From assembly GCA_036785375.1 (NCBI GenBank), contig JAWMAR010000073.1, positions 372,001 to 436,000 on the forward strand: 64,000 nucleotides of DNA. Reading direction: 5' to 3'. The notes below the pieces were generated by a model. That model had not been told where the DNA came from and did no database searches. It saw only the letters and a list, made by a program, of their open reading frames with translations. This DNA is from Leucoraja ocellata. Its lineage: Eukaryota. The position numbers were made by a program, and so were the translations under genes. Of this stretch, positions 26,810 through 39,508 are shown one piece after another; positions within the stretch are counted from its first letter, which is position 1, and the number at the start of each line of letters is the position of its first letter.

Positions 26810-27156
26810 AGAGTCGGGAAGCTCCAACGTCGCGGTAGGTTCGACCAGCCCCGATCATCCAGCGCGGGGGAGCTGACATCCCCCCTAATGCAGGAGCTGA
26901 ACGCCTCAACGCGGAGGGCCCAAACGGCGCTGGTTATGGGAGTCAAGATCATCCCGTCAACGGAGGTCTCGAGGCCCCCGACCGAGGAAGAACAAATAGG
27001 AGTTGAACTTTATTTTGCCTTCATGTTCATGGTAAAATGTGTTTTTGAGTCTGGTGCTTTTAATTGTATGACTGACCTGGCCAGTGAAATTCCTCGTATG
27101 TTGCAAAACATACTTGCCGAATAAAGTGTGATTCTGATTCTGAAAGTGTGATTCTG
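26810..27156 (+). mobile_element. Non-autonomous retroelement (GC-rich body, stem-loop, AATAAA, attctg tail)
   Basis: Reverse-complement homologue of 29127-29375. Ends gtatgtt-gcaa-aacatac, aataaa, (attctg)n. Confidence 0.7.
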
Positions 27157-27264
27157 AAGAAATAAGGAGGCTAAGGTAGGATATGTGGGCATCTGATGAA
27201 GTAGTTCATGGTAGGCTGATCCAGAAGATTTTAGACACATAGGATCCACAGTGAGGGAATCCCA

Positions 27265-27690
27265 GCAAGCTGCTACATTGTGATTCTCACAGTAATCACA
27301 TCTTCCCTCCCCACCCCTCTCTCCTTTCTGTAGGGACCACGCTCAGTGATGACCGTGGTATGCTCACCCCTCCCTGACCCCTGGCACGTTCTCCTGCAGC
27401 TGTAGGAGGTATGACCCCGTCTCTACATCTCCTCCCTCACCTCCATTCACGGACCTGACTGGCACTTCCAGATTCACCTGCACCTCTTCCAATCTCGTCT
27501 ACTGTATTTGGAGCTCATAATGTGGCCTCCTACATTGGTGAGACCAAGCGTAGACTAGGTGACCACTTTGCCTAGCATTTGCCTTCACCATTATACCTCT
27601 CCACTCTCAATCCTGTTGCAAGTGTCTTGACCCACAATGTTGACTATCCCTCCGCCTCCATAGATGCTGCCTGACCTGTTGAGTTCCTCC
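27265..27690 (+). mobile_element. Decayed Penelope-like element
   Basis: ttcacctgcacctcttccaatctcgtctactgtat...ggtgagaccaagcgtagactaggtgacc, the GIY-YIG region. Confidence 0.75.
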
Positions 27691-27879
27691 ATAGGGGGAA
27701 TGGTTTAAAAATCTGTTTAAGACAGCAGAGTGAATGATCTTCAATGCTAACAAGTCTTTGGAACTCTAGAGAGGTGGAAGCAGAATATTTAAATATTTTT
27801 GAATAACCTTAAGGTATGGGTGGTAGTTTCTTCATAATCAAGGAGGCCAAGCATTATTGAGGAGAGGATGTCATTGCAG

Positions 27880-28990
27880 ATAGCTACAAAATGCTGCAGT
27901 AACCCAGTGGGACAGGCAGCATCTCTGGGGAGAAAGAATGGCTGACATTTCGGGTTGAGACCCTTCTTCAGACTGACGTCAGGGAGGGGGATAGATAGAT
28001 AAGGTCGTGTGAAGGTGTGAAAACAGGGAAAAGGGAATAGAGTTCAAGGAAAATGGAGAATTGTTGACTGAATGAAGGTAACAAAGAGAACTGGGAAGGG
28101 GGAGGGATGGAGAGAGAGAGAGAGAGAGAGGGAACGCAAGGGTTACTTGAAGTTAGAGAAGTCAATGTTCCTACTGCCCAAACTGCCCAAGCAAAATATG
28201 AGGTGCTGTTCCTCCAATTTGCGCTCGGCCTCCATCTGACAATGGTGGAGGCCCAGGACAGAAAGGTCAGTGTGGGAATGGGAGGGGGAGTTAAAGTGTC
28301 CAGCAACCAGGAGATCAGGTAGTTTCAGGCAAACTGAGCGGAGGTGTTCAGCGAAACGATCATCGAGCCTGCGCTTGTTCTTGCCGATATACAGGAGTCC
28401 ACACCTGCAACAGCGGGTACAGTAGATGAGGTTGGAGGAGGTGCAAGTGAACCTCTGCCTCACCTAGAAACACTGTCAGGGTCATTGGATGGAGTGGAGA
28501 GGGGAGGTAAAGGGACATGTATCTGGGGAGGGGATGGTTTGGGTGGGAAGGGACGAGTTGACAGAGGGAAAGCGGAAAGGGGTGAAGATGGGAAGATGTG
28601 GCTGGTGGTGAGATCCCCTTGGAGGTGGCGAAAATGGCAGAGGATTACGTGCTGTATGCAACGGCTGCTGGGGTGGAAGGTGAGGACTAGGGGGACTCTG
28701 GCCCTGTTACAACTGGAGGAAGGGGGAGCAAGAGTGGAGCTGCGGGATTTCGAGGAGAACCTAGTGAGGGCCTCGTCTATAATGGAAGAGGGCAAGCCCC
28801 GTTCCCTAAAGCCTGGTATGGAAAACCTCATCTTGGTCGCAGATGCGGCGTAGACGGAGGAATTGAGAGTTGAGAGTAGGGGATAGTGTTCACAGGAAGC
28901 AGTGCGGGAAGAGGTGTAGCCTAGATAGCTGTGGGTCAGTGGGCTTAGAATAGTTGTCAGTTGATTGTCTGTCTCCTGTGATGGAGACGG
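27880..28990 (-). mobile_element. Penelope-like element (RT C-terminus, GIY-YIG endonuclease, 3' repeat with hammerhead core)
   Basis: ORFs 28460-28831 (FRERGLPSSIIDEAL...RVPLVLTFHP) and 28143-28463 (FTCTSSNLIYCTRCCRCGLLYIGKNKRRLDDRFAEHLRSV...VAGHFN...RKLEEQHLIF). Confidence 0.9.
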
Positions 28991-29126
28991 TGATCGTCAG
29001 TGTATCGTGTCCTTCCCCTTGGTATCTGTTACTATTCTCCACATGTCTCTGTGACGGAATACCCATCAGTTGCTCGCCCTATAACAGCCTTTTTTCCCTC
29101 CAATAATTGAATATCTTTCCCTCCAT

Positions 29127-29375
29127 CAGAATCACACTTTATTCACCAAGTATGTTTTGCAACATACGAGGAACATACCAGGTCAGTCATACAATTAAAA
29201 GTACCAGATCACCCTAAAACACATTTTAACATGAACATCCACCACAGTGACTCCTACACATCCCTCGCTGTGATGGAAGGCAAAATAAAGTTCAAGTCCT
29301 TCCTTTTGTTCTTCCTCGGTCGGAGGCCTCGAGCCCCAGTTGACGGGTCGATCTTGACTCCCGTAGCCGGCGGCG
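29127..29375 (-). mobile_element. Non-autonomous retroelement, same family as 26810-27156
   Basis: Shares the ccgaccgaggaagaacaaa segment, the gtatgttgcaaaacatac stem-loop and the aataaagtgtgattctga end. Confidence 0.7.
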
Positions 29376-31047
29376 TTCTGCCTATTATAAACAAATACCC
29401 ATGTTGGGATACCAACCAACAGATTCTAAAAATATGTTTTAAGTGATTCAATGGATGTAAGCATACAGCATTTGTCGAATAAATTAATTTAGAGGGGATT
29501 TAAAGGAAAAAACGAAAAGTTATAGATTTCGTAGGTTCGCTTCAAGAGAGTTTATTGCATGATATCATGGAGAGATGGCAGCAGTAAACTACCCACCAAT
29601 TCACAGCGGAATTAACTGAGTTATATTGTGCAGAAAACAACGTGTTTACTGTTGTTAGATACTATTCTACGAAAATATCCTATCAACTACACAGTACCAA
29701 TTGTTTCATTAGTCATAACATACTGTTCGCTTATGTTAATCTTATTCAACAACAGATGATTAATACAATTCAAACACAATACAAGGGAATCTTGATATAA
29801 TTCTATCTCATCTTTCAAGTCACCATCTCCATCCCAAGCTAATCATAAGCCTCCCATTTACTGCAACGTATCTACGCTGCTAGCGGTAGGGGGAGCGGGT
29901 GATCTACTGTAACTTCTCAGAAATGTCAACAAACTTTGTTATTTGCTCCCATTTCATTTTTACATTCACCATCCACAATTTGTCACATTCCCAGACCGGA
30001 GGTAATAGGTCTAACCTTACTTTGCCGATTCCCGCGAACCTCTTCTGCACCTGGTCAAGCGAGAGCTGCCAATTGTCACATCCAAAACACCCTTTCCTTA
30101 CCTTGTTCAATTCCAATTAAATAAAGGAGGATATACATTTTTCTTCCACAGCATTGCTTGTTGTACGCCTTCTTTGTCTTGAAAATCAAAAATACTGCAA
30201 ATGGTAATGATTTGTGGAGAGTGAAGCAGTTAATGAGACCTTTCATCAGAATTAGTAAAGTGGGAAGAGAAGTTGCAGAAGAGACTAGCGGAAGGAAGGT
30301 AGGATAGGACATGGGGAATATCCCTGATAGCATGAGAACACAATGTCATTCTGATGTGTACGAAGCGGTCTAATGACAGATCAATGATGGCCACTAGGGA
30401 GGGGCATGAACAATGTTCTGCACTGGTTTCTCCTCGTGACCTACATCTCAGATTTTATGTCCTGCGTTTTTTCTCTCCCCAATTGCCCCAAACCAAGTGG
30501 CTCAGTATCACCATGATAACCCCCGTCTCACTTCATCGCTAATCTTTTATTTGTCTTATCCCACTAATCCACATTTTCAGGTCACTTAAAACCAACTCTT
30601 AGCTGTTGATTTCCACTTCTGACCAAGCCTTTGACCTGTTTCTCTTTTCTTTGAACTGTTTCTCTCTGCAGTCAAGGCCTAACTTGCTGGGTGTTTCTTG
30701 CATTTTCTCCTTTCAATGCTGTTTACCCTGTTTTAGAATCACCTGCAGAATATTGGCTGTAAGATCCTGGCCAGTGAATTCATTACAAGATTTCTTTCCT
30801 GCTCTGAGGTCACTTGGATGGTGGTTTGCAAGAGGGAAGGCTAATATGGATTTAGCGATGAGAGAATGGGATAAGGAGACAAAGTGTAACCACTGCTGCT
30901 GATACGGAGTGGTCTAGAGGCTGCAGGAGAGGGTAATACTTTACTGAATAGTAAGCAAAATAAAATTCATGTGCCGTGGTACATGTGATAATAAAGAACC
31001 ATTGCACCAATGAATGACATTTAATGTGATTTGTTTTTTTGCTGCAG

Positions 31048-31172
31048 CTTCCTGTCCACTTGCGCTCTCAATTGCAGGAAAAATAACAACAAGCAGCTGT
31101 CACCATAGTTCAACCTTTCTCAAAAAGTATCAAGATTTGGCTATTCTGACTGTAGCTTCTTTAACAGCAGAG
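31048..31172 (+). CDS. STARD9: STARD9 coding exon, start of START region
   Basis: Acceptor tttttgctgcag, donor GAG|gtgagt. Encodes ...STFLKKYQDLAILTVASLTAE. Phase 1 to 0. Confidence 0.85.
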
Positions 31173-31802
31173 GTGAGTGTTTACATGTTCTTGAAATTAT
31201 TGATGACTAATGATTGATTAATGTCCAATAATCCTGTTGGAAAGCTATTCATGCTGCCCCATACAATCCTTCCCTTCAATGGGTTATTTCCTGTGTTTGC
31301 CCCGTGTACTTCAGTTGGCTACCCAACACCAGCACTGGATTTCAGCCTCACCAATGCCTCAGAAAGGCAGGAGTGACTGCATACTGGTTCATTCAGAGCA
31401 GGTTCTGGTAACTCTTCATATCCCACTATCCCCAGTATCAGCATCACTCTAAAGTGGGAGCATGGTAACAGCACTACAAGATAGGATGAAGCAGGCCTAA
31501 CCTGTGAAAGGGCCAACGTTCCCAGTGCCCACCCCATGCACCACCTCTTCACTGATGTTCAGGATGGCCAACCTTGACTGATGGCAAGCCTTCTCCTTGT
31601 GCCCAGTTAAAGCCCTGTCCTGGGTCTGCAGGGGAGGGAGCTCCAGGAATGTGACCCGTGGGTGAATCCCAAGGCTGAGACATTTCAACATCACGGTGCT
31701 GCCCTTGTTGGCAATCGCAAAGGAGTGACCTGTGTACATTTTAAAATCTTTGATTTACATTGTCTACAAAGCACAGAATAATGAAAATCCCAATCTTTTC
31801 AG

Positions 31803-31867
31803 ATCACAAGTGCATCTGTGAACCATCCTGGAGACCACCTCACTGGTGAAGCAGCAGCTGGCTGGAG
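31803..31867 (+). CDS. STARD9: STARD9 coding exon (START domain)
   Basis: Acceptor cttttcag, donor AG|gtacat. Encodes ITSASVNHPGDHLTGEAAAGW. Phase 0 to 2. Confidence 0.85.
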
Positions 31868-32169
31868 GTACATGAATTCATCAAGATAACAAATGTACAG
31901 CATTGACGTGATTCACCCCAGGTTTAAAGACATTTTTACAAGAATTGCCACTGGCGCAGGTTGGCCCGAAGCATCTTTGCACTGTTGTTACTGTTGTACT
32001 GTAAGACGTGCTAATCTAAACACAGGAAGCTCCCAGAAGCATGATTTCACAGTAACTCAATGAAGCTTTGGTGATTCAGTTGATAAAACTGCTAGCCAGT
32101 ATTTCTCTGCTTCAGTGAAGTGCCCTGGGATATTGTATTACCATCTGGGGTGAACCTCAGCATTGTTTG

Positions 32170-33555
32170 ATAGAATGAAGGGCAAGGCTGGTAGGAGTAA
32201 GGGACCCTGGCCTGGATGACGAGAGAAATTGTGGCTGTGTTCTGCAAAAAGGAGGCGTGGGTCAGGTGTAAGCAGCTGGGATCAAGTGTATTCCTGGAGG
32301 AGTGTATGAACTGGGGACCAGGGTGGTGGTAGTGCTGTTGTTTGTCTGACTGAAGGCCTGTGACTAGTGTTACACTTCAGGAATCAGTGCTGGGCCCACT
32401 GCAGTTTGTCATGGAGTGATAGTGTGGAAACAGGCCCTTTGGTCCAACTTGCCCACACCAGCCAACATGTCTCATGTTGCACTAGTCCCACATGCCAGCA
32501 TTGGGTCCATATCCCTCCAAACCTGTCCTATCCATGTACCTGTCTAACGGCTTCTTAAATGTTGGGATAGTTCCTGCCTCAACTACCTCCTCTGGCAGCT
32601 TGTTCCATACATTCACCACCCTTTGTGTGATAGAGTTACCCCTCAGATTCCTATTAAATCTTTTCCTCTTCACCTTAAACCTATGTCCTACGGACATCTC
32701 ATTTGTCATCTCATTTGAAACAAAATTAATAAGTTTGCAGAAGATACCAAAATGGTTGGTATTGCAGAAAGTAGAACAAATTACAGCGGGATCTCATTCA
32801 GCTAGATGTTTAATGGTGTTTGGATAAGTGTGAGGAGTTGCATTTTGGGAAGTCAAACCTGGCAAGGAACTTCACAGTGAACAGTAGGGTCCTGGGCTGT
32901 GTTATAGAGCAGAGGGATCTAGGAGTACAAGTACATAGTCTCCTGAAAATGGCATCACAGGTACATAGGGTAGAGAAGAAGCTTTTTACCATATTGGCTG
33001 TCAGTCAGATAATTGAGTATAACATTTGGAGTGTTAAGTTACAGTTGTACAATATGTTGGTGAGGCTGCATTTGGAGTACAGTCTCCAGTTTTGGTCACT
33101 CTGCTATAGTAAATATGCCCCATTAAGCCGGAAAGAGTGCAGAAAGGATTTACGAGCATGAGGGTCTGAGCAATGGGGAGAGGATGCGCAGGCTGGGACT
33201 TTATTCCTAGTTCAGGAGGCTGAGCGCTGGTCGTATGGAGGTGTATAAATCATGAGGGGAGTGGATTGGGTGGAAGTGCAAGCATCTTTTTCCCAAGGTA
33301 GGGAATCAAGAATTAGAGGACATCGCTGTAAGAGGAAAATGATTTAATAGCAACCTGAGAGGCAAATTTTGCCTACAGCAGGTGATGGGTAAATAGAACA
33401 AGCAGCCAGAGGAAGTGAAGGTATATTAACATAATTTAAAACATTTGGACAAGTAAATAGATAGGAAAGGTGTGGAAGGATATCGGCCAAGCACAGGCAT
33501 GTGGAACGAGCTGAGATGGGGCATCTTGTTCAGCATGGGTGGGTTGGGCCAAATC
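32170..33555 (+). mobile_element. Decayed CR1 with an inverted CR1 3' fragment nested at about 32413-32700
   Basis: DKCEELHFG...EQRDLGVQVH...HLEYSLQFWS on +. RFNRNLRGNSITQRVVNVWNKLPEEVV on -. The octamer tttgtcat flanks the insert on both sides. Confidence 0.8.
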
Positions 33556-33675
33556 TGAAACTGCAACTTACTCGGCCTATCTCTGCACAAAAACAGAAAC
33601 AATGCTTTGTGCGGTATTTTGAATCTTAAAAATTACATAGTCATGTACTTTCAGTTTTCTTTCTGTTTCCATTAG

Positions 33676-33881
33676 ATACCATGGCATGGAAAAAGATGTC
33701 CTGATGTTTTATAAGCGGTACCTTTCCTCCACCAAGCATGGCTTTATGGGAGTTGGCGTGATTGAGAAGCCACTGGACACTGTGTGGCGGTTGGTGAAGG
33801 ATAACAGCAAGAGGCAGCTCTATGACGAGGCATTAAAAACGGTGAAAATACACCAACAACTGGGACACGGCATTGAGCTCG
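33676..33881 (+). CDS. STARD9: STARD9 coding exon (START domain)
   Basis: Encodes YHGMEKDVLMFYKRYLSSTKHGFMGVGVIEKPLDTVWRLVKDNSKRQLYDEALK...IEL. Acceptor ccattag, donor G|gtaaga. Confidence 0.92.
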
Positions 33882-35159
33882 GTAAGATGCACTGATCTCC
33901 TCCAGAGCTTCTGGTCTTTAGTCATTTACTTTCTTGATTTGATTGATCTTAACCCCTTTCAAAATATACCACTAAATCTTCCTGGCAATTCCTTCCAAGC
34001 TCTTTACCCAGTGTCTGTGGGTTTCCTCAGGAGTAATGAGAGTTCCTTCACACATGAATGTTAGCAAGTTACATCCCATGTACCTTGATTCAGGTTGGTT
34101 CAACGTGAGCTTCAGTTATCTAAGTCTACTTCAATTTGTAATTGATGAACCTCTTTGATATTGGTATTGATTATCCAGTGTACAGTAAAAAGGTTTGTTT
34201 TCAAATGAGAACTCCTGATGGACATCTCTAAATAGTAACTTTGAGAAAGATGAATGAGCTTTTTCTTTACCCAGATCTTTTTGTCAGCCAGTGCAACTCG
34301 TGCCTACATCCTCAATGTCAATAAATACCCACTAAGCAGTTGGCTGGGTGCTCATGTTTGATCAGATTAACTTTTATATTCTGTTTAAGAAGGAACTGCA
34401 GATGCTGGAAAATCGAAGGTAGACAAAAATGCTGGAGGAACTCAGCGAGTGAGGCAGCATCTATGGAGCGAAGGAAATAGGCAACATTTTGGGTCTGATT
34501 AGTTAATCAGATTTAAAAGTTGCTAAACCAATATTTTAACCAGTGTAATGATTTTAGCAAGGTTCCACGATGGCAAGCTGGTCAAAAAAGAAAGAGTGAA
34601 TGTGATCCAAGTCCGAGTGGCAAAATAGCTCCGGACTTTGCTCAATGGCAGTCATTTCAGGGGAGATGAGCTGAGTGTTTTGTGGCTGTTATAAATGGAG
34701 TTCCATAAGGCTCAGCATTTCTTTGTTTTTTGTTCTTATGACTAATGCCTTGAACTCAGGTGTAGATTAGACAATGAAGAAATTTGCAGAAGATACAGAA
34801 AGTGACCTTGTTGATTTTAAGGTATCTTAAGGCTGCAGGAAGAGATATACCTTTGGGCCGTCAGGCAAAAAATGGCAAATAGAAATTAATTCTGATAGTG
34901 AGAGAATACTGTTGAAGAGTTACTGGTACAACAGGCCTCACACCCCTTCAATTGTATTATGTCCACTAATCCTTGCAAGTCCCAGGGCAGATCAGTAAGA
35001 TAGTTGTAATAGCAAAGGGGGTGCTTTATTTGATGAGCAATTGGGTATAACAGCCATTATTGTTGTAAATAATATTCAACTAAGGAAGCAGTAGAGGTGA
35101 ATGGCGTTTCCTTTGTGTGAAATATTTTTTTAGGACTGCTCCTTTTAGTATTTATTTTA

Positions 35160-35345
35160 GCAGCACAATGACGCAGATGGTAGAATTGCTATCTCAGCAT
35201 CAGAGACCTGGTTTGATCCTGACCTCAGTTGTTGACTGGGTGGTGTTTGCATGTTCACCCTGTGACCACGCGGGCTTACTCAATGTGTTCCATTTTCCTC
35301 CCACATCCCAAAGATGGGTGGGTTTGTTGCCTCAAATATGTAGGG
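35160..35345 (+). mobile_element. tRNA-derived V-SINE (HE1-like)
   Basis: tRNA-like head gacgcagatggtagaattgct...ggtttgatcctgacc, followed by the V-domain gtttgcatgttcaccctgtgacc...ttcctcccacatcccaaaga. Confidence 0.7.
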
Positions 35346-36424
35346 AAGGTCATGAAATTGGGATAACAGAATTAAAATTTTCAATGAAAGTAATTTTTTA
35401 GTTGAAACTTGGGTAATGAACAATGTGCTGGGAAATGTAGGCAGGCTGCTGAAATGGACAAACATTTCCCTGAGATTTGCCTGAAAGGTTGTGTTCTGTA
35501 AGAAAAACGAGGAGCGACCATAAAAGATCAATGGTACACTTTAAACAAAGTGCACAGCGAGAGACCTGGGTTCAAATTGAGAGAAATATTAAACAGGCAC
35601 ATGAGATTATTTTCTGTCGTAACAGAAGCTGAGACGACAAATGAAACAAGTTATGTTGAACCTTTAAAATACTGGTTAGAGCTCAACCAGTGTTCTGCCC
35701 AACTTTGAAGGCCCTGGATATTTAACCACTGTTCCAGGGATATAGTCTTGAATAACATATAAAAACTGCTACGTCAAATGAGGTTTGAAATCATAAGGTA
35801 AGTGAAGATAAAGTGACTGATCAGTGGCAGAAGATACAGATACAAGGTAAATTAACCACGGGTTAGCAATGCTAACAGTTATGCATGGAATGTTCTGCCT
35901 GAATGAGTATTGAAAGTAGAAGTCAAATTCGGTCTGATGAGCAATATAATTTTCTTTGTGGTTTTGCACTGTAACAGGTAACCAATGTTTGAATTATTTG
36001 GTGGAAAGCATCTTAGCTATGTAGAAAAGAACTGCAGATGCCGGTTTAAATTGAAGGTAGACACACAATGCTGGAGTAACTCAGCAGGACAGGCAGCATC
36101 TCTGGAGAGAAGAAATAGGTGACGTTTCAGGTCGAGATCCTTCTTCCGACTGATGTTCTTCTCCCCATCACTTGTCATTAGCAAGAGGCCATCAAGCTTC
36201 GGGTGTTTAGAGGAGAACCAGGATAAATATTAGTGCATCAACAAACTGATACCACTTTAATCCACCACGCTTCACAGGGTTTTTCATGCAGAGTATTTAC
36301 GATGGGCAACTCTTCACCTGGATATGAAGGATGGCTGTATGTTGTGAATGTTCTGTAAATCTGTAAACCAACTGCTTTACAATCTTATGCTGTTTCATTT
36401 GATTATCTTCCCTCCTTCTTCAAG

Positions 36425-36498
36425 TTTACCTTGTGATTGACACCTGCCGTCTCAACCAGCCCAGGGACTTCTGCTGCATCAGTGTGGAGGCTAAAAAG
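36425..36498 (+). CDS. STARD9: STARD9 coding exon (START domain)
   Basis: Encodes VYLVIDTCRLNQPRDFCCISVEAKK, with the START-type PRDF motif. Donor AAG|gtacag. Confidence 0.92.
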
Positions 36499-37137
36499 GT
36501 ACAGTCAACCACAGTGGGTTGAATCCTTCTGGCATTGATTTCTTTTTTGTTGTGTTTTAAGTAATGGCATTGTTATATCTGTGATCCTTGCATTTGAACT
36601 CTTAACATCTTCAAATGATCCATATTACAACCTATGATTGTGATTCTTCTTTGCTGCAGCCATCTACCCTGCTAATTACACACTGATTTGTGCTTTGAAT
36701 CTATCCAAGGCCTATGCTGCCTTCTCTGCTTATATATTTGTAGACTACACATGCACTCTGCATAATAGATGGTGTGGCTGTATGTCCATAATCAGCCATT
36801 CCTCACTCTCTACATCACCATAACTAGTTTGCCATGAGAGCTATAGTGGCTCAATTTACAACAACCCCAGTTAACACAGCATGTGTTCCTAAAAATTAAA
36901 ATAAACAATACCATCTTATATCTTTATAGACTGCAACCCATTGGGGAATTGGCTAATGTGTTATTGATCATGATTGAGTAGCAGACAGCTGCAAACAGAA
37001 CTTGCTGTGAATAATCTCACTCCCATTAACACTGGATGTCTCTGTTTACTACATGGTAGAATCACAACTTATACTTTAGCGACATGGAGAATGTGCAATG
37101 CAATACGCTCAGAGTCTGCATCACTTTCTTTCTCTAG

Positions 37138-37296
37138 AATAAGCAGTACATTTTGGCGATGCAATCCATCTATGAGGAATCAATGCCTCGACCTGTGAAG
37201 GAGATGGTACGAGGTGAAATGCTGCCCAGTGGCTGGATCCTGCAGCCTGACAACCACAATGGGAAAGAGATAACAAGACTTATCTACCTGACTCAG
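37138..37296 (+). CDS. STARD9: STARD9 coding exon (START domain)
   Basis: Encodes NKQYILAMQSIYEESMPRPVKEMVRGEMLPSGWILQP...TRLIYLTQ. Acceptor tctctag, donor CAG|gtaaag. Confidence 0.93.
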
Positions 37297-37377
37297 GTAA
37301 AGTAGATGTGACAATGTGACTAAGGTTGACACCCATGTTACAAATTAAGCTGAGCTTTCTCGTTCTTTATTTTTCAG

Positions 37378-37479
37378 GTTGATCTTGGTGCTCCTGCTCT
37401 TCCTCCCAACCTGTTGGAGTCACTCGCCAAGCAGCAGCCTTTGTGTATCGCCAACCTAACCTGCTTACTCTCCTGCTGA
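37378..37479 (+). CDS. STARD9: STARD9 terminal coding exon
   Basis: Follows an 81-bp intron. Encodes VDLGAPALPPNLLESLAKQQPLCIANLTCLLSC, stop TGA at 37477-37479. Confidence 0.92.
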   Translation, partial: VDLGAPALPPNLLESLAKQQPLCIANLTCLLSC

Positions 37480-37879
37480 CATGGTTATAAAGATCAGTGC
37501 CACACCCAGTGAAGGATGGAGCAGAGCAGCTGATTTGAACCAGAACACAGTTACCTATCTGGCTGAGGTCAGGTCATACAGTGGTAATATAAACATCTTG
37601 AGCAATCTTAGGATATTTCTGCATTATTGCAAACCTCTCAAAGATAAATACATCACTTTCCAATGGACAAGTTGAGCTACTTCTCAGCAAGTTAACTACG
37701 AGCTGTTCTATGTTTTTTAAGTAAAATGTACAGTTAAAATTTTTATTTTTGTATGCAAAAATCAAAGGTCCAAATTGAACTTTATTTATAAACTGGGTGA
37801 AGCCTTTTATATGAAACATTTTATATACAATTATTTCTATAATAATTAGTTTATATTGGATTTTCAAACAAAAATAAGC

Positions 37880-37885
37880 ATTAAA
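37880..37885 (+). promoter_or_regulatory. Candidate STARD9 polyadenylation signal (ATTAAA)
   Basis: ATTAAA about 400 nt after the stop, at the end of an AU-rich 3'UTR, followed by T/GT-rich sequence. Confidence 0.45.
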
Positions 37886-38834
37886 TATTTTGTGAATATT
37901 ATTCTGTGAATTATTGTTTTATGTGCTTTTCAGCTGCAATGCTTTGCAAAGAGAAAGTGTCCTAATTCCTCCAGTTCAAGCCAATTCAGCAAAAGAAATG
38001 AACTGCTCCACAAGGTAGAACAGTACATCACAGAAACAGGGCTTTTGGCTCACCATGTCGCCAATATCAAATGCTTCTTAAATGCCACTATTGTATCTGC
38101 TTCCATCACCTCTCCTGGCAGTGCATTCTCTCTTTATAAAATACTTGCCTCAAATCTCACCTTAAACATGCCTTCAAATATTTAGCATCTCCACCTTGGG
38201 GGAAAAAATGCTCTATCTATCCTCTCACTGAATATACTTCCACCGGTCTATTTTATAGCCTTTGACGTTCTAGAGAGATTGAACAAACAATCCAAGTTTT
38301 GTCCAATCTCTCTTTACAGCTAGTACTCCCTAATCCACGCAACATATTGTGAATCTCTTCTGCATCCTCTCGAAAACCTCCACACAATATTTCAAATGTG
38401 TACTAGCCAATGTTTGATACAGCTGCACCATGACTTGCCTATACTCAGTGTTCTGACTGATAAAGGCAAGTATGCCGCATGGCTTCTTTACTAACATAAT
38501 GCTTTTGTTGCCACTTTCAAGGAGCCATGGACTTGCAACCCAAGATCCCTCTACACTTTTCTCTTGAGGTACAAAGCATCAAAGAAAATGTTGTCCATTA
38601 CAAGTCAGAAAAATCCTAATAGTCTGGGTCTAAATTTACTACCAACAAACTACGGCCTCTAAAAATATATCAATTGTGGAATCTCATCCTTCTTAACCAA
38701 ATAAATTCTTAAATTTATTCAATCACTCCTTTCAGTGCACAAGTTTAAACTAAATATTCTAATTTCACATTTGTTTAGATTTTAATCTGAAAGCTTCGCA
38801 AGCTGACCATCGTGTGAGACACAGTGAAACTTAA

Positions 38835-39180
38835 GGGCCTGTCCTACTTAGGCGACTGTCATAGTTGCAGCAGGTTGCTGAAAAACCACTAGACCCCTCC
38901 CACGACAATGTCTACAACAACCTACCAGCTGGTCGACGTCAAGCTACTGACCCATTAGGACATCCACCTACGACCCTGTCGGTGACAACTGAAGGCAATT
39001 CAGTCGCCGGTTGACGTAGGTAGTCGCCAATGGAATTCACCAAGGGTCAAACTAGGCTCCTTGGTGTTAACCCTCTGTCGCCAGAAATTTTTGAACATGT
39101 TGCAAATCCAGCTACGACTCTTTGGGCGACTGAGGAGTCTACTCCTGACAATGTGGCGACAGCCTAAGTGGGACAGGCCC
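38835..39180. mobile_element. PIF/Harbinger-like MITE in the STARD9-CDAN1 intergenic gap
   Basis: TIRs gggcctgtcctacttaggc and gcctaagtgggacaggccc. Preceded by taa. Internal gtcgcc/ggcgac/tacgac repeats. Confidence 0.75.
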
Positions 39181-39338
39181 TTTCCTCTCATGACCCATGG
39201 ACAGGGCAGAAACAGTTCTCCATTTTGTGGCAGCCCAAAGTCTGGCCAACTGTAAACAATGAACAGGAGCCAGTTAATTGTTAACTTTAAAATCAAGGCC
39301 AAACATCAGATTACTTACACAATTAAAAAAGTGGTTCG

Positions 39339-39344
39339 TTTATT
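39339..39344 (-). promoter_or_regulatory. Candidate CDAN1 polyadenylation signal (AATAAA on minus strand)
   Basis: tttatt on + at 39339-39344, about 165 nt downstream of the CDAN1 stop. Confidence 0.55.
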
Positions 39345-39508
39345 AGCTAGTCCAATGTGAACTACAAAATATTCATTTGAATATTTGATTAAATTTACCA
39401 ACTGATAACTTTCAATAAAATATACAAACAAATTACACATGAATTGTAAAATACTGTAAAAATAGACCACGTCTTTCCTCTTTCTATGTCATAATCCAAG
39501 CCTGTGCT

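Noticed and set aside
35160-35235. tRNA gene
   Set aside because: Degenerate A/B boxes run directly into a SINE V-domain and there is no cloverleaf.
37462-37479. C-terminal prenylation motif in STARD9 (CLLSC)
   Set aside because: Cys spacing fits neither CaaX nor CXC/CC.
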